A DNA stretch of 27,730 nucleotides from the UHGV virus genome UHGV-0278671. One strand, written 5' to 3'. Below are positions 26,572 through 27,730 of this stretch, in pieces. A model generated the notes under the pieces. It was not told where the DNA came from, did no database searches, and worked only from the letters and a program-made list of their open reading frames with translations. Positions within the stretch are counted from its first letter, which is position 1; each line of letters opens with the position of its first letter. The position numbers were made by a program, and so were the translations under genes. This stretch comes from a virus.

Positions 26572-27730
26572 TGTGCCAGAACAATTTATCAGCGTGAAGC
26601 TCATACGCTTTGCGCTGAGCCTCTATCCAGTCGTGTTTATTGTATACGGACATTATCCCGCCAAGTTCATGACCGAGCATTCGCTCAGTAACATGAGGCT
26701 CGACATTCATCTCGGACAGACGTGTAACAAGCGTTCTTCTGAAATCGTGTGTTCGCCAGTAACCTAGATCCATCCCTCCCCTTATTCTATTTACGAATCG
26801 GTTGGCTGCAGCGATGCTGATCGGTTTGTTTATGTCTTCTCCAGGGAAAAGAACATCATTGTACGTTGTCATGGCCTTTTCGAGGAAAGGCTTAATTTGT
26901 TCGAAGATTGGACGGCGGATAACATTACCCATCTTGCTATGCTCTTTCGGTACGGTCCATACGTTTTCCAGCAGGTCAAATTCTGTCTTTTTTGCCAGCC
27001 TAAGCTCTGAGAGCCTCGCCCCCCACAGCATAAGCATCTGATGAAGTAGCTTATTTGACGTAGACGCACGGCTTCTTTCAATAGCAAGCCAAATCTTAGC
27101 CAGTTCGTGATACGACAGTACCCGATCCCCTACCTCAGCGCGGGAGCCGAAGTCCCTTGGTTGGATGCTCATAATTGCGCAACTATCTATCAACTGACGC
27201 CGCATGCACCAACTTATTGCTGATCTTAGTTGACTTAGCACCTGCCTTGCTCGGCGTGGATTATCTTTTTCTTCTTCGGTAAGCAGGTCAACCCATTGCT
27301 TAACCGTGATAGAAGATGCCGGACGATTAGGAAAGGCGTCATGCATGCGCTTCATAACCGTTGATCGGTAAAGTGCCTGGGTCTTTTCTCTGAGAGTTGT
27401 AGAGACGTAGTTGTCGAACCAGTAGTCGAGACACTGGGCGACCGTCATGGAGTTCTCCACCTTCTCTTCAAAATAAGTGCGTGGATCCGTTCCTGAGAAA
27501 TAGAGCTTTCGCAAGTCAGCAGTGATCTGTCTGGCATCCTTCAAAGACAGGGATGGGTATCGACCAAGCCCAAGTCGATTAGGCTTGCCATGCCAGCGAT
27601 AGCGGTACTGGAACTGGATGACCCCCTTCGGTGAAATTCGTACGCTGAGGCCATCGGCATCAGCCACTTCTTGTGGGCCCGAATATGGTTTACCATAAAT
27701 AGTACGCAGTTTTGTGTCGCTTATAGCCAT
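26552..27730 (-). CDS. int: Tyrosine-type site-specific integrase (P4-like arm-binding N-terminus)
   Basis: 392 aa; N-terminal LRTIYGKPYSGPQEVADADGLSVRISPKGVIQFQYRYRWHGK; C-terminal catalytic residues in HDFRRT...LGHE...YNKHDW; start codon is the last three bases of the window. Confidence 0.9.
   Translation of the reverse strand: MAISDTKLRTIYGKPYSGPQEVADADGLSVRISPKGVIQFQYRYRWHGKPNRLGLGRYPSLSLKDARQITADLRKLYFSGTDPRTYFEEKVENSMTVAQCLDYWFDNYVSTTLREKTQALYRSTVMKRMHDAFPNRPASSITVKQWVDLLTEEEKDNPRRARQVLSQLRSAISWCMRRQLIDSCAIMSIQPRDFGSRAEVGDRVLSYHELAKIWLAIERSRASTSNKLLHQMLMLWGARLSELRLAKKTEFDLLENVWTVPKEHSKMGNVIRRPIFEQIKPFLEKAMTTYNDVLFPGEDINKPISIAAANRFVNRIRGGMDLGYWRTHDFRRTLVTRLSEMNVEPHVTERMLGHELGGIMSVYNKHDWIEAQRKAYELHADKLFWHIRSISD

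Larger units (their letters stand above)
1..27730. mobile_element. Mosaic lambdoid/P22-like prophage, apparently defective; window entirely internal, integrase at right edge
   Basis: Contiguous phage modules (immI-like, P22-like late genes, lambda-like nin genes, replication, cI/cro switch, recombination, integrase); several late genes truncated. Confidence 0.85.

Noticed and set aside
26429-26767. 112-aa plus-strand ORF overlapping alpA and the integrase 3' end
   Set aside because: Alternate frame of alpA running antisense into int; no independent support.

Overview
The whole window lies inside a mosaic lambdoid/P22-like prophage of an enterobacterial host; no chromosomal flank or att site is visible. 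Calls rest on reading the translated ORFs against remembered lambda, P22 and E. coli protein sequences and should be confirmed by BLAST/HMM searches. Layout left to right: an immI-like locus with divergent Mnt-like and Arc-like regulators (1-1931); P22-like late genes on the minus strand (1928-10837: injection proteins, tail needle, gp10, gp4, coat, portal, terminase); a lambda-like nin region (ninB, ninF, ninG, ninH, Ser/Thr phosphatase) with a methylase insertion; a replication module (O-like initiator with in-gene iterons, primase-helicase); the immunity switch (cII, oop, nutR, cro, OR, cI, a cI-linked membrane protein, OL/pL, nutL, N); an early-left operon (cIII-like, annealing protein, SSB, HNH nucleases, exonuclease, small ORFs); and AlpA plus a tyrosine integrase at the right edge. 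The late region looks decayed by several deletions (Q-to-terminase, portal-to-coat, inside gp10), so the element is probably cryptic while its immunity, replication and recombination modules look intact. The best candidates for an undescribed function are accessory cargo at classical moron positions: a Mnt-controlled operon ending in a coiled-coil membrane protein and a holin-like protein, the membrane protein co-transcribed with cI, an AT-rich gene after N, and a methylase locus with two long same-strand overlapping reading frames. No CRISPR, tRNA or rRNA was seen.
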